In this document: piece by piece, positions 1 to 12,621 of the stretch | Position numbering within the stretch: the stretch's first letter is position 1 | Layout: each line of letters begins with the position of its first letter | Program-made: the position numbers and the translations under genes | Assembly (NCBI GenBank): GCA_964016885.1 | Contig: OZ024746.1 | Location: forward strand, 101,122,001-101,186,000 | Length of the DNA: 64,000 nucleotides | DNA from: Eledone cirrhosa | Taxonomy: Eukaryota | Direction of reading: 5' to 3' | The notes under the pieces: generated by a model | The model's database searches: none | The model's input: only the letters and a program-made list of their open reading frames with translations | Told to the model about the DNA's origin: nothing

Positions 1-104
1 AGAAAGGGATACAACTGATTGTTTTTGTTGTTGCTTGTGCGTAAAAAAAAATGTTTTATTATATGTGACAAGGGACGTAACTACTATTCTTTAATTTTGA
101 AAAA

Positions 105-300
105 AATAATTGTTTCAACTTTTTGACACAAGGCCAGCAATTATCCCAGTGTATTACTGGTACTTTATTTTATCGACCCCGTAAGGATGAAAGGCAAAGT
201 TAACCTCGGCGGGATTTGAACTCAGTCCGTAAAGGGACGTAACTGTGCTACAAAGCATGGCGTCCGACCCTCTACCGATACTGCCAATCCACTGCCACTA
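105..300 (-). mobile_element. SINE family A
   Basis: A near-identical copy lies at 51306-51500, with related copies at 2880-3000, 18510-18620, 28790-28940, 45900-46000 and 50770-50960. A B-box-like GAGTTCAAATCC is present. Confidence 0.8.
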
Positions 301-482
301 TCAGTCACAAGTGTTGAAAAAAATAATGTTGTGAGTTCAAATTTGGTTTGAATTTTCTGATAAACACATATATATATAACGAAGATCGCTGGTATTAAGT
401 CAACGCTCTCCGGTATATATATACATACATATACACACACACACATATACATATAATATTAAGAGTTGTCTGTAGAAAGTTG

Positions 483-918
483 CTAACTGGTGTCGAATCT
501 TAGAGCTGTGGCTATGTTGTTAACCGATGATGAAAATAATGAGGTTGAGGATGAATTATGTTGGTTGCTATTTCGAGACTTTCGTTTCACCTCAACAGAC
601 TGCTCTTGTTGGATGACAAATGCTTCCCGTAGCACTCTAAAAGCAGCTGCTGTTGCATATGGTGTCTGTGTGATAGGGTCAAGGTATTTGGCTGGCTGTC
701 GGGTAACAGGGCACACAGTTCTGGATGATGCTGATGCTGGTTTAGCTCGGGTTTGTGGAAAATATTCCCGGAATGTTTTATCATCTGTGAATGTGATGAA
801 TGTTCGAGAACACTTTGGACCAGACACTAGTTTTGGACGCTTACTCTTCTCTGGAGATATGGAAGAATCATCATTTTGACCTTCGTTTGCTTCAGTTTTT
901 AGGGATGTGGTATCAACC
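483..918 (-). CDS. VPS72: VPS72 last coding exon (YL1_C domain)
   Basis: Acceptor aacag at 919-920 in phase 2. Encodes CSRTFITF and CPVTRQPAKYLDPITQTPYA (YL1_C). Stop TAG at 485-483. The six exons sum to 1149 nt, giving 382 aa plus stop. Confidence 0.94.
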
Positions 919-1179
919 CTGTTCAAGGAGAAACATGATTTATTTACAACAGTATTTCGTACATTTTCAACAGATTGAATACTATATAATCAATATTACC
1001 CTCCTCATCATTAAATATGGTTTCACAAAGTTAAGGATGGAATCTCCAGATAATCATTTGATCCACTCAATCTAATGTCCAAATCCTTTCCAACAAAATC
1101 CCCATATTGACTTTAAATTTAGAACTAAGTCAGAATAGAAGCTAAGTGTTCTTCAAATAGTCTAACCTCTTGAAATTAA

Positions 1180-1370
1180 TGGTCTCGACTTGACAAGATG
1201 CAGTTTGGCTTTGTACCAGATAAAGGTACCACTGATGACCTTTTCCTTCTGAGACAGCTCCAGAAGTATCAAGCTAAGAGTAAACCCCTTAGTATAACAA
1301 TTATTAACTTGGAGAAAGCATTTGACAGGGTACCCCAAAACATAATCTATTGGGCTCTTATTGGGTTCAG
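1180..1370 (+). mobile_element. RTE RT fragment
   Basis: MQFGFVPDKGTTD...NLEKAFDRVP. Confidence 0.8.
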
Positions 1371-2236
1371 GAAAGTTCATTCTTTAAAGTGGTAGTGTTG
1401 GTGTCATGATAAAATGTTAGCTCTGGCATGTATATATATTTTCTATTTGTATTAGATAGAAGTGGATTTTAGAATGTTGTATTCTGGAGTATTGCTGGTA
1501 TGACAAGTTGTTTGTGAAGTACCAGAACCATTGTGGTAAGATCAAATGACAATCTACTGTACCCACTGAACTTTAGTCTTGTTTATCAAACCCCTTCCTC
1601 ATTTAAAGTGCTTTCAATAAGTTCCATAATTCTGCTTGTTCCAGTTTTTCTGATTGAATGAATAACTGGTTCCAGTCATACTCAGGTGTGAAAAGTAGGA
1701 ACGCTGCCTATAAAAACTATAAACATAAACTACAATTCTGTCTTATTCGTTTCAATTACCGTATTAATCAGTATATAATACACACCCTCACTTTGAAAAA
1801 GAAGGTTAAGTAAAAAAACATCATTAAATAAAATTAAAGAAAGTATGCATGTATAACACACAGGTAGAATTAAGGCACTGAATTTTAGGAGAAAAACTAC
1901 ATATTATACACCAATAAATATGTCAACCATATATCTATAAAGACTCTCTTCAGTTACAAATGACCAGGTTATTAGCACCTAGAAATTTCCCCTATGAGTC
2001 ACAAGTCTTGGCAAGATTGTTTGTGGAAGACCAACAGTCACCCATACCAGTCTCCTCTCTCCACCCACTGATGTTGTCGAAGGGAAAGGCAATGGCCAAT
2101 ACAGTTTGGCACCAGTGACTTCACAATTTCTACAGCTGAGTGAACTAGAACATGAAATAAGGACACCAGGTCTGGGAATCGAACTCATAACCACACAATT
2201 GTAATCCAATGCTCTAACCATCAATAATTAACATAC

Positions 2237-2402
2237 CCTGTGATATCTTCTACATTAATTTCTGGTTCTGCATTGTTTAGAGACTGAGGCAATTCTTCAA
2301 TGAAAGGCATAGTTACAGATTGGTAGCGGACTAGTGCTCCTTTGTATGTACTTTTCTGAACTCGACATTTTTTCTTCTCAGATTCTAATCTTTGGTATGT
2401 TT
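2237..2402 (-). CDS. VPS72: VPS72 coding exon 5
   Basis: Acceptor ttgtag and donor gtatgt. 166 nt encoding ETYQRLESEKKKCRVQKSTYKGALVRYQSVTMP...; phase 1 to 2. Confidence 0.92.
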
Positions 2403-2599
2403 CTACAAAGTAAAACAAAAACATAATATATTAATTAATGTAAATCGAATATCAAGTCTTGCAAATATGAGATAATTCTATCACAAAGAGGTAATGCTGG
2501 TGCTGCTTGTATTCGTGATCGTATTATTTTGGTCATTACCCAAGACTCATGACCATAGGTAATAGTTGGTTTTTACACCTACCTCCCTTCTGATTACTG

Positions 2600-2820
2600 A
2601 ATGTTGAAGCTGGTGTATTACTGTACCAGCTCCTGCAATTCCTGCACTTAATTCAGCCTCCTTCCATCACTCATGAACACGGCCCCGAGATACTTGAACT
2701 TCTCCACCTGCTTCAGTGCAACTCCATTCACATGTAGGCACACTGTGCTGACTTCCTTGAGAGGACAAGTGTCTCAGTCTTCGCAGCACTGATGTCCATT
2801 CCAGCCATGCAGCACTCAGG
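2600..2820 (-). mobile_element. RTE RT fragment
   Basis: Minus strand reads LKQVEKFKYLGAVF. Confidence 0.6.
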
Positions 2821-3134
2821 GTTTACACTGAATACCTAATGTATGGATTTACTCCCATATAGTCGGCTCTTTATACTAGTCGGTAGCACAGTCAGAATGC
2901 TTTGCGGTATTTGTTCTGGCTTTTTGTGGTCTGTGTTCAAAACCAGCTCAGGTCAACTTTGACTTTCATCTTTTTAAGGTCAATAAAAATGTGCCAGTCC
3001 CCTATATCCTTTTCTTCCTAGAATAATTTGGCTGCGTTCAGACCTCGCAAGAGGATATTCTCTACTAAAACACATACTATGTCATTTATTTCAGCACCAC
3101 AACAACCTCATCAAGAGTTACAGGCCCATATATG

Positions 3135-3172
<38 letters not shown>

Positions 3173-3175
<3 letters not shown>

Positions 3176-3510
3176 TCATCATCATCATTTTACGTCCGCT
3201 TTTCCCTGCTTGCAAGGGTGGGACGGGAACTGATTCTGGCTTGATTTCTACAGCTGGATGCCCTTCCTAACACCAACCTCGTTTACAGTGAGTGCTGGGT
3301 GCTTTTTTGCTGTGTCACCTCTACAACCACTTTGCAGTGGAATGATATGGACCCCAGTCCTTATCATCTCATTTCTACAGCTGAGTAAACTGGAGCAATG
3401 TGAAATAAAGTGTTTTCTCAAGGAAACAACACATCACCCGGTCTGAGAATTGAACTCACAACCTTTCGATTGCAAGGCCAATGCTCTAACCACTAAGCCA
3501 TGTGCCTCCA
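3173..3510 (-). mobile_element. tRNA-headed SINE family B with RTE-derived 3' tail
   Basis: tRNA-like head with A/B boxes (TGGCTTAGTGG...GAGTTCAATTC), a body, then an RTE 3' UTR segment and (GAT)n. The same junction occurs at 40680-40865. Related heads lie at 1960-2222, 3860-3990 and 40880-41180. Confidence 0.75.
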
Positions 3511-4115
3511 TATATATATGTATAAAACATAAATGAACTACGAGAGAAATTAGGCATAAGAAGGGTACAGGGGAGGAGATTGTATTGGTATGGATGTCGT
3601 CAGCAGCGGAGACAATTTGAAAGATTTAGAAGAAACATGAGAAACAATTTAAAGCTTTTGCTCCAAATCTGTAATTTGTTGTTGGGTAATTTCAGAAAAA
3701 CATTTTGTTAGCTAAAGATATACTCTACAGAGTGAGATCCATTTTATAACTTTCAGAAGGTATATATCGACAGTCGATTGACTTTGGTCAAATCGGACCG
3801 AGGAAACAATGTTTCCATTTGTCTTTCCAATTGCTAATACTATCTATCGGTGGCAACTCCAGGTAGAAGGAGCAACATGAAATAAAGTGTCTTGCTCAAG
3901 GACATAACGCATCGCCCAGTCCGGGAATCAAACTCACAACCTCACGATTGCGAATCCAATTCTCTAACCACTCAGCCACACGCCTTCATGTAAGATTGAA
4001 AAGAAACATGAAAAACATGTTAAAGCTTTTGCTCCAAATCTGTAATTTGTTAATTCGTGATTTGTTAATGGGTAATTTGATAATTGGTAAGGTATAAATA
4101 AAGGAGTTTAATTAC

Positions 4116-4310
4116 CTAAGGACTTGATATTATACTCTTCTGTTAGTTTAGCCTCCTCCAACAACTCTGACTGTGTAAGACGTCGCACTTCAGTTACATT
4201 TCTTTTGGCTGCTATTTCTTTCATCATCTTCACCCGCACCTCACGTTCCTTTTCTCGACGTGCAGTGGCCTGTGACTTTTCTGCAGTTGATTGACGAAGA
4301 GATTTTCTTT
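4116..4310 (-). CDS. VPS72: VPS72 coding exon 4
   Basis: Acceptor cctag and donor gtaatt. 195 nt encoding ERKSLRQSTAEKS...RRLTQSELLEEAKLTEEYNIKSL, with the YL1 motifs RKS.R.ST and LTQ.ELL.EA..TE..N..SL. Confidence 0.93.
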
Positions 4311-5229
4311 CTAGGAAAGGGTAAAAAAAAAAATAATTTAAAAATCTTCAGCAAATTTAATTTTCTAATGAAACATTAACAAACATTAACAGGAATCATT
4401 CACAATATCTTCTTTTTCTACTTTCCTCTCATTCTCCTCCATGAAACTCCCACTTTCCATCACCCATATCTGATATCTAACACTTGTATCTATATTCAAT
4501 ATCATATTCTCCTGCATGAAACTCTTAGCTGACTACTTGCACTTCTATCTTGTTACATAGCTCATGCTGTTTTTCTACTCAATATCCTACCTACAACCAA
4601 CAGCTACCACTGTCAATCTTCCTCTAAAACCATCTTATCACTCTGTTTTCCCTTTCACTCAAATTATACATTGTTTTAGCCACAACCTAAGGCCAACTGT
4701 TCTTCTTGAAAAGTATGGTAGATATTCCCAGACTTAGCGTTTTCAAGGTGAAGATATACACATACATACAAATGGTAGGCTTTCAGAGTTCTCATCAACC
4801 AAATTCACTTGAGTGATCGGTGAGCCCAAGGCTTGAACAGGAGACACCTATGGTGCCATGGATCCACAAGTGAACTGATAAACTCCACAACTGTGAGTAT
4901 AATTACTATTTAAAATCTTGCTCAATACTCTCCTTCTAATCACCCTTCTCAGTCACACTTGCCTTGAAAGAATAGAGACTGCATAGTGTGGAGAAGTTCC
5001 TTTCACCTTGCAGTAGACAAAACAAGTGTTAGTTCAACAATAAGATGCAGCCAGCACACTTGGTAAGGTGGTTGATAATTGAACAGAGACAACATAAGAG
5101 AGGATTCTTTAGTGATGCTGAGGTCATGACAACCTCTCTAGTGTTGGTGCCATGATAGAATGCACCCAGTACACACTGTGCATTAGGAAGGGCATACAGC
5201 TGCAGAAATCATGCCAAAAATGGAATATA

Positions 5230-6405
5230 TAAGATGCTCAAGATGAGTGGCTTATGAGAGCTATACAAGCCATGTATAGAGTCAGCAAGGTTAGAATTAA
5301 CAATGAATATAGTGAAGAATTTAGTGTAAAATTAGGTGTTCACCAAGGCTCCATCCTTAGCCCCCTCCTGTTTATTATTATCCTACAGGCTATTACAGAA
5401 GAGTTTAAGACCGGCTGCCCATGGGAACTTCTATACGCAGATGATCTAACTCTCATAGCTGAATCTATGGCTGAACTAGAGAAGAAATTCCAAACACGGT
5501 AGCATGGCTTAAAGTTAACTTGTCTAAGACTAAAGTTCTAGTATATAGAACGGAGAATAGGGCACAGGTGCCCTCAGGGAAATGGCCATGCTCAGTGTGT
5601 AGGAAAGGAGTAGGTAGAAATTCCATTTTATGTCCCAAATGCAAACTATGGGTACATAAAAGATGTAGATCACAGGTAAGCTATCTAAGAATGTAGATTT
5701 TATATGTGGCCGATGCTCAGGTGCAATAAGTAGCAAGTGCCCACAGAATACTAGCTCCTTCTACTGCCCAGATGGTTCTATAGAAATAGTGGACACCTTC
5801 CGTTACCTGGGTGACAAAATCAGCAGTGGAGGAGGGTGTTTTGAAAGTACAGTAGCCAGAGTTAGAACGAGATGGAAAAAGTTCAGAGAGCTAAAAACCT
5901 CGGACGACATAAAATCCGACCTTGCCCGCTTACACCTCTCTAAGACAATGTCACTGGATCGAGACCTTTGGTGCCACGCAATAATACAGAAGACCCGCCT
6001 TCTCTACGTACAAGGTTAACCTACAGTCAGTAGGCACCTCCTAACTCAATATACACCCCAACCCACTACCCCTACTCCATCCTCCCACCCACACCACCCT
6101 TTCTCTGTAAAGTTATGTTGGTACCACAACATCCAGTCCACACTAAAGAGGTCATGTAGGTGTCACGACAAAAAGCACCCAGTCCACACTGTAAAGTTGT
6201 CATGTAGGAGACACGGTAAAAAGGTTCCCAGTTCACACTGTAAATGTGGTTGGTGTTAGGAAGGGCATCCAGCTGTAGAAAACCTGCCTTATACAGTCCT
6301 ATACGAGCGAGACACGGTCACCCGATCAATCTTGCCTCAAGTGGGACAATTCCCATCTAACCCATGCTAGCATGGAAGATGGACGTTAAACTATGATGAT
6401 GATGC
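5230..6405 (+). mobile_element. Decayed RTE LINE 3' fragment, related to the 35 kb element
   Basis: GVHQGSILSPLLF and LLYADD motifs with stops, a related 3' UTR and a (GAT)n tail. Confidence 0.88.
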
Positions 6406-6590
6406 AGTCCTCCAACATGGCAATATCTGTAAATAAGGACTCCAAGTGACCAAACCATACAGGTATGAATGATATACAAGTGAGGCTTTCACAGTGTCTC
6501 TCAAACTCCACTCACACTGTCGTCAATCATATGGTTGTAAAGACAACTTTTTAATGAGGCTATACCTGTGTGCTTTTATACAACACTTAC

Positions 6591-6681
6591 CTGAATTGGA
6601 CTGGTAAATTTGTAGAGATGATCGGTCAGTCTTCTTAAGTTTCGCTTTAATTTTGGCTTTCTCTTTCGGCTTTTTTGGTTC
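6591..6681 (-). CDS. VPS72: VPS72 coding exon 3
   Basis: Acceptor tcttag and donor gtaagt. 91 nt encoding EPKKPKEKAKIKAKLKKTDRSSLQIYQSNS, which continues TKAYK-EP. Phase 0 to 1 matches exon 4. Confidence 0.88.
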
Positions 6682-6810
6682 CTAAGATGACAGCAAAATG
6701 AAAATAGAGACAAATTTTTCAACCTTCCATTTAACAAATGGTTAATGAACTGTCCAGTTGTAACTATACACACACATATATACATATATGTATATATATA
6801 TATATATATA

Positions 6811-7220
6811 TCATCATCACCATTTTATGTCCATTCTTCCACGCTAGCATGGGTTAGACGGGTTGTCCTGTTGTGGGCAATGCCAGTTTAGATGACCTTG
6901 TCTTGCTCATACAGAACTGATTTTGGCTTGATTTCTACAGCTGGATGCCCTTCCTAACACCAACCTCATTTACAGTGAGTGCTGGGTGCTTTTTTCCGTG
7001 ACACCTACATGTCCACTTTACAGTGTGGGCTGGGTGATTTTTGTCATGACACCTCCATGATCATTTTACAGTGGGAGGGGGGTGGGGGCATATTGTCTAT
7101 ATGCTTCAGCTTCGTTTTGTATCCGTGGGAAGTCGGGTCTTCTGTATTACTGCGTAACACCAGAGGTCTTGGTCATGTGTCATCACCTTTGAGAGGTGCA
7201 ATTGGGCAAGGTCGGCCTTT
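6811..7220 (-). mobile_element. RTE 3' UTR fragment
   Basis: Reverse complement of roughly 36740-37140, with the (CAT)n tail at 6811. Confidence 0.85.
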
Positions 7221-7890
7221 ATCACTCCATCTCAGGTTTTATTGGGTCCCCCCACTCCAAGGCTTCCATATATATAGAGAGAGATGGGTATAGAAATGAA
7301 TGAAAAAAGTACTTCTTATGTTTTGTAAAGTTTGTAAAGAAGAGGAAATGAAGATCTGTAGAGAAAAATTGGGAATTTTTATGGGACAGCCGTATTGAAG
7401 ACAGATTGTGACATGGTAGTAGAACAAGAAGGTAGAGAGATAAACAGAGAGAAGCAGAGAAAATTTGGGAAAACAGAAAGTAATAATTAAAGAAGATAGG
7501 GACCACATATACTTAGGGGAAAACTTACGTTCAATGTGAAGAGAATGCGAGGCATGAAGGATGTTAGAGAAAATGAAGACATGGCTGAGGATGTCTGAAA
7601 TGATAGTAGAGCACTTGCTCTGAATGATGTCAAACAGAAGGACGCAAGAAAATTGTATTGTGAGAGAGTGAAGAGGATAAATAGTAGTGTGAGGGCCTAC
7701 CCCATGTAGATCCAACTAAGGGGCCAGCCATAAAAGTTGAGAGCTACGTGAGATACATAATAAGGATATGGAAGAAGACAATGGTATTGGAGGCAATGAT
7801 GATGATTGTTAGGTATTATTACAGGGTTTCATTGCTATTGTTATTTAATTCATTTCTTCATTTTCAAACTTTTGTGAGAATCTCTCTTAC

Positions 7891-8040
7891 CTTGTAAGCT
7901 TTGGTGTTAATTCCTCTTTTGCGTTTGGGTTCATCATCTTCTATATCACTGCGCACTTCATCATCTTCATCAATACTAAAGTCAGAGTCAACCTCATCTG
8001 ATTCAGAATCTTCAGACTGGAAATCGATATCATCATCTTC
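7891..8040 (-). CDS. VPS72: VPS72 coding exon 2
   Basis: Acceptor ttttag and donor gtaaga. 150 nt encoding EDDDIDFQSEDSESDEVDSDFSIDEDDEVRSDIEDDEPKRKRGINTKAYK, with the YL1 motifs D.VDSDF.IDE and TKAYK. Confidence 0.93.
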
Positions 8041-8059
8041 CTAAAATAGAGACAATATT

Positions 8060-8470
8060 GAATGGTGTGAAATATGATACACAATGATTAGGTGGATCTG
8101 TGGGGCCAAATTGAAAGATGAGACCCCTTCAACTGTGCTCCACCAGAAGCTGGGTGTGGATGAGATCACTGCTGCCCTTCGCACATTACATCTCCATTGG
8201 TATGGACATGTTCAGCTAACCACATCATACATCAACTCCATCACTCACTTGGCAATCCCTGGCTCTAGAGATTGCAGCAGACCAAGGAAGATGTGGTTGG
8301 GGTGTGTGAAGAGTGATTTGTATAAATGGAACTTGGCTGATGTCGATACTATGGACAGAAATTTATGGAGAGCAGCTGTAAGACATTGCCTGGTGTTGCC
8401 TACCTCAGAGTCTGGGACAACCACAGAACCCTAAAGACCAAAACTGGATATGGCTGGATGGAATGGCTGT
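8060..8470 (+). mobile_element. RTE 3' end fragment of a second family
   Basis: MIRWICG...WYGHV...SRPRKMW followed by a (GGAT)n-like tail. The same 3' end recurs at 62280-62350. Confidence 0.8.
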
Positions 8471-8679
8471 GAATGTTTTATAATATTACTAACCCATGGA
8501 CTTCAAATCTTATTTTAACCATTATGTCATGACAAGTAAGGTACATAAACATTACCATATCAGATTATCTGATTGACAAAAAAGTTCTCTGTCTCTTCTA
8601 CAAACAATTTCAAGTCTAAAACAATAAAAATATAAAACCAGGAATGACAGTGTTTCATACTGAACTGCCTTTCATTTTA

Positions 8680-9016
8680 TGAAAGGGTTAATGACATAGA
8701 CAGTGTCTTTCATTAGAAATATGGTAATGAGAGGGTTAATGACATAGACAGTGTCTTTCATTAGAAATATGGTAATGAGAGGGTTAATGACATAGACAGT
8801 GTCTTTCATTAGAAATATGGCAATGAAAGGGTTAATGACATAGACAGTGTCTTCCATTAGAAATATGGTAATGAAAGGGTTTATGACATAGACAGTGTCT
8901 TCCATTAGAAATATGGTAATGAAAGGGTTAATGACATAGACAGTGTCTTCCATTAGAAATATGGTAATGAAAGGGTTAATGACATAGACAGTGTCTTTCA
9001 TTAGAAATATGGTAAT
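8680..9016. repeat. 48-bp minisatellite, ~7 copies
   Basis: Unit gaaagggttaatgacatagacagtgtctttcattagaaatatggtaat. Confidence 0.95.
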
Positions 9017-9049
9017 GGAATATTAAAGATACAGAGCAACCTTTTTCCT

Positions 9050-9450
9050 TCACATATCACACATACCAAATCTGACATCTGACAATGTTTCTTCCTCCAC
9101 ACCTTTACAATAAGAACTCCAATTTTGACATACTTCCTGAGCCACATCCCTCCAAAAAACCTTCTCATCAGGAGTTCCTTTTATCTCTAGAGACTGGACC
9201 CTCCACTTGCTGCAATACCAAACTTGAGTGTTCATCTCAAAAATTCTACTTCTACTTGTCCCCCAAGTCCATGGTTGACTGTACCTCCACCAATCTATAC
9301 TGCAAACTCTGCAATACATAAGCAGGGACTAATTCCATCAACAACCCATTGATGTCCATAGCCAAGGTATTGTGAATACCAGTGACAATTTCTTTATCTT
9401 TGGTGTTATCTCTTAACACAACAGAAAGTATTTTATCTTCAAGCTGAAAA
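9050..9450 (+). mobile_element. Highly decayed Penelope-like GIY-YIG fragment
   Basis: Residual DCTSTNLYCKLCNT resembles the PLE motif CTS.N.IY.I.C..C. Confidence 0.35.
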
Positions 9451-9477
9451 CTTCTCTATAAGAAATGCACTTGGAAG

Positions 9478-10097
9478 ATACTATAACAATGGTACTATAA
9501 GATACTATAAGGTACTATAGCAATGGTACTATAAGCTACTATAAGGTACTACAGCAATGATACTATAAGATACTATAAGGTATTATACCAATGGTACTAT
9601 AAGATACTACAGCAATGATACTATAAGATACTATAAGGTACTATACCAATGGTATTATAAGCTACTATAGCAATGGTACTATAAGATACTACAGCAATGG
9701 TACTATAAGATACTATAAGGTACTATACCAGTGGTACTATAAGCTACTATAGCAATGATACTATAAGATACTATAAGGTACTATACCAGTGGTACTATAA
9801 GCTACTATAGCAATGGTACTATAAGATACTATACCAATGGTACTATAAGGTACTATACCAGTGATACTATAAGCTACTATAGCAATGATACTATAAGATA
9901 CTATACCAATGGTACTATAAGATACTATAAGGTACTATACCAGTAGTACTATAAGCTACTATAGCAATGATACTATAAGATACTATAAGGCACTATACCA
10001 GTGGTACTATAAGCTACTATAGCAATGGTACTATAAGATACTATACCAATGATACTATAAGATACTATAAGGTACTATACCAATGATACTATAAGAT
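9478..10097. repeat. Complex short-unit tandem repeat built on TACTATA
   Basis: Mix of tactataag[g/a] and tactata[g/c]ca[a/g]tg units. Confidence 0.95.
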
Positions 10098-10411
10098 GCT
10101 GAAACAGTTTTTATGGATTCAATCATAGAAGAAATATGAAATAAAATATACATTTTATAATATTAATGTTTTTAATCACTTCTAAAGAAAAAAAAAGGAG
10201 AAAATAAAAACAGAAATATTTTTCCAATTTTCACAGAAGTTTGATACAAATTTCTAAGCTAAAAGCTAGACCAAATGTAGGTTATTTTAGCTCCAAACTA
10301 TCAACAGACAGTGTTTAACTATTCTTGTCATCTGCTTTATCAGAACTGAGACAACAATAACATATCTAAATATAAATAACAATAATCAAGTAAGTTGTTC
10401 TTAAAACATAC

Positions 10412-10522
10412 ATCATTAAAACCACCATAGGTGTTCTTGTAGAAATCATCTTCCTCTTCTTCATTCAATAGCTTTGCCATTCGACTACCAGCATTGTCCC
10501 GGGGCTGACGCTCAGCTGCCAT
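10412..10522 (-). CDS. VPS72: VPS72/YL1 (H2A.Z chaperone, SRCAP/TIP60 subunit), coding exon 1
   Basis: Encodes MAAERQPRDNAGSRMAKLLNEEEEDDFYKNTYGGFND, the conserved YL1 N-terminus (R.NAG.RM..LL..EEED.FY..YGGF). ATG at 10522, GT donor (gtatgt) after 10412, AG acceptor just upstream at 10534-10535. 111 nt, phase 0. Confidence 0.93.
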
Positions 10523-11454
10523 CTTGTATAAATCTAAAAACAAAAAGAAAATAGCCATCACAACATTGTTGTTATAATGTGAACTAGTTACAGCCATTAA
10601 TCCCATAGTATAAACAATGGTGAAACAATGTAGAACACTTTACTGTTACAGAGAACCAGTTTATACTAGATTACAACACATTAAAAAATGATGACTTTTA
10701 TTTGTCTCCACTCAGAAATTAATCTTTCTGCTTTAAACTTTGTTTTATTTTCTTTTATATTTCATTCTGTTCTTATTTTTGTCTCAAACCTGGCTTCTGC
10801 TTCCTCGTGTTTCTAACTCATATTGAGCACTGGTTTCTTGTAATAATCTTCTTTCTGCATTTTAAAGTCTAGAAATTTCTCTGTGATTGAGAATTTCTTT
10901 ATCAGTTTCACTTGCAGTTACCTTGTGTATAGACTCAAGATTTTTATGTAGGGGTAGCAACTTTTGCAGTCATGTTTAACTTACAGCCCCTCTCTGACAC
11001 AGACACCCACACCGCAGGAGAAATGCCATGTTTTTGAAAATACTCTGACCTCTGACAAAGTACCAAGTCCATCCTGGCTAAAATCTACTCAAGGAAAGCT
11101 TACCATGGTGATCTAGGTGGATCTAGAAGGCTGACCCTCGATAAAAGCACAGACAGGGATACAAAAATCTAACAGTAGGAGGGCAGTATCAGTTAGATTG
11201 GTTCTTTTCAAGTAGAATCTAGTAGCCCAATACAACATTTACTGCCAATCTCACCCGTGTGAAGATATCCCAGTAGACCTTAATCAAATGGCTCTTCTTT
11301 CCTACCAATCTATATGTTATTATCTGTTTGCCCAACTACTATTTCTGTCTTCCTTTCTCTCCCACTCTGTGCTGTGTGATAGGAAATTTCTAGCAGGTCA
11401 AATGATTTTGTAAAGGTTCGAAATCAAACTGCAATACTGACAATTGTCACTTGC

Positions 11455-11885
11455 ACACAATGGTGCGGTGTAGTTTAATTTAGTGAAGTATCACAGAATG
11501 GTGCAGTGCCGTTTAATTTACTGAAGTATCACACAGTAGTGCGGTGTTGTTTAATTTTACTGAAGTATCACAGAATGGTGCGGTGTAGTGACATCTTTAC
11601 TGAAGTATCACACAATGCTGCGGTGTAGTTTAATTTTACTGAAGTATCACAGAATGGTGCGGTGTAGTGACATCTTTACTGAAGTATCACACAATGCTGC
11701 GGTGTAGTTTAATTTTACTGAAGTATCACAGAATGGTGCGGTGTAGTGACATCTTTACTGAAGTATCACACAATGCTGCGGTGTAGTTTAATTTTACTGA
11801 AGTATCACAGAATGGTGCGGTGTAGTGACATCTTTACTGAAGTATCACACAATGGTGCGGTGTAGTGACATCTTTACTGAAGTAT
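11455..11885. repeat. 39/40-bp minisatellite with a 79-bp higher-order dimer
   Basis: tgaagtatc recurs at 11561, 11601, 11640 and 11680 with alternating variants. Confidence 0.92.
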
Positions 11886-12168
11886 TAGTTGATACTCATC
11901 AGAGTGCTTGGCTATTCCATCGCTTTAGCCTCTCTATCACCACAGTAATGCCATGTGCATAAGCGACTATACATATTTTCTCTCCACATATTTTTCTTGT
12001 CTGATTATTCTTTAATGACATGCTTCTTTTGTAACTTATAAACTGTTCGTATTCTGATGATCCTGCCAGTGCAGCTGAAACTCACCACTTTACCATGTAA
12101 CGAATATTTAAACTCTACTTCGGTATTGAGTACTTTTTCTCACGTCCGTCAATAATGCACGTGAGAGA

Positions 12169-12181
12169 GTAGTAGTAGTAA

Positions 12182-12225
<44 letters not shown>

Positions 12226-12450
12226 CTAGTGGTAGTGGTGGTGGTAGTAATAGTAGTAGTAGTACTAGTGGTAGTGGTAGTAGTAGTAGCAGTAGTAGTA
12301 GTAGTAGCAGCAGTAGTGGTGGTGGTAGTAGTAGTAGCAGCAGTGGTGGTAGTAGTGGTGGTGGTAGTGGTAGTAGTAGCAGTAGTAGTAGTAGTAGTGG
12401 TGGTGGTGGTAGTAGTAGTAGTAGCAGCAGTAGTAGTAGTAGTAGTAGTG
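12169..12450. repeat. (GTA/GTG/GCA)n trinucleotide microsatellite
   Basis: Read directly from the sequence. Confidence 0.97.
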
Positions 12451-12621
12451 ATGAGATTTTGTTAGGGGAAATCGAAGACTATCTGTAATAACAGTCAATC
12501 AAAAATTAGAGACAAAAAAATGTGGTTGGCATCTGTTAGATAAATATAAAATGGTTCAATTAGGGTATTGAAAGATGTGAATTGTAGCAAATTGAGGAGG
12601 AAAAGGTTGTATACATATGTC

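Noticed and set aside
490-879. 129-aa plus-strand ORF
   Set aside because: Antisense shadow of the VPS72 last exon.
3440-3510. Possible tRNA genes in tRNA-like segments
   Set aside because: They are SINE heads continuous with SINE bodies, and no complete cloverleaf was seen.
12181-12498. Poly-Val and poly-Tyr/His ORFs
   Set aside because: Trinucleotide microsatellite.
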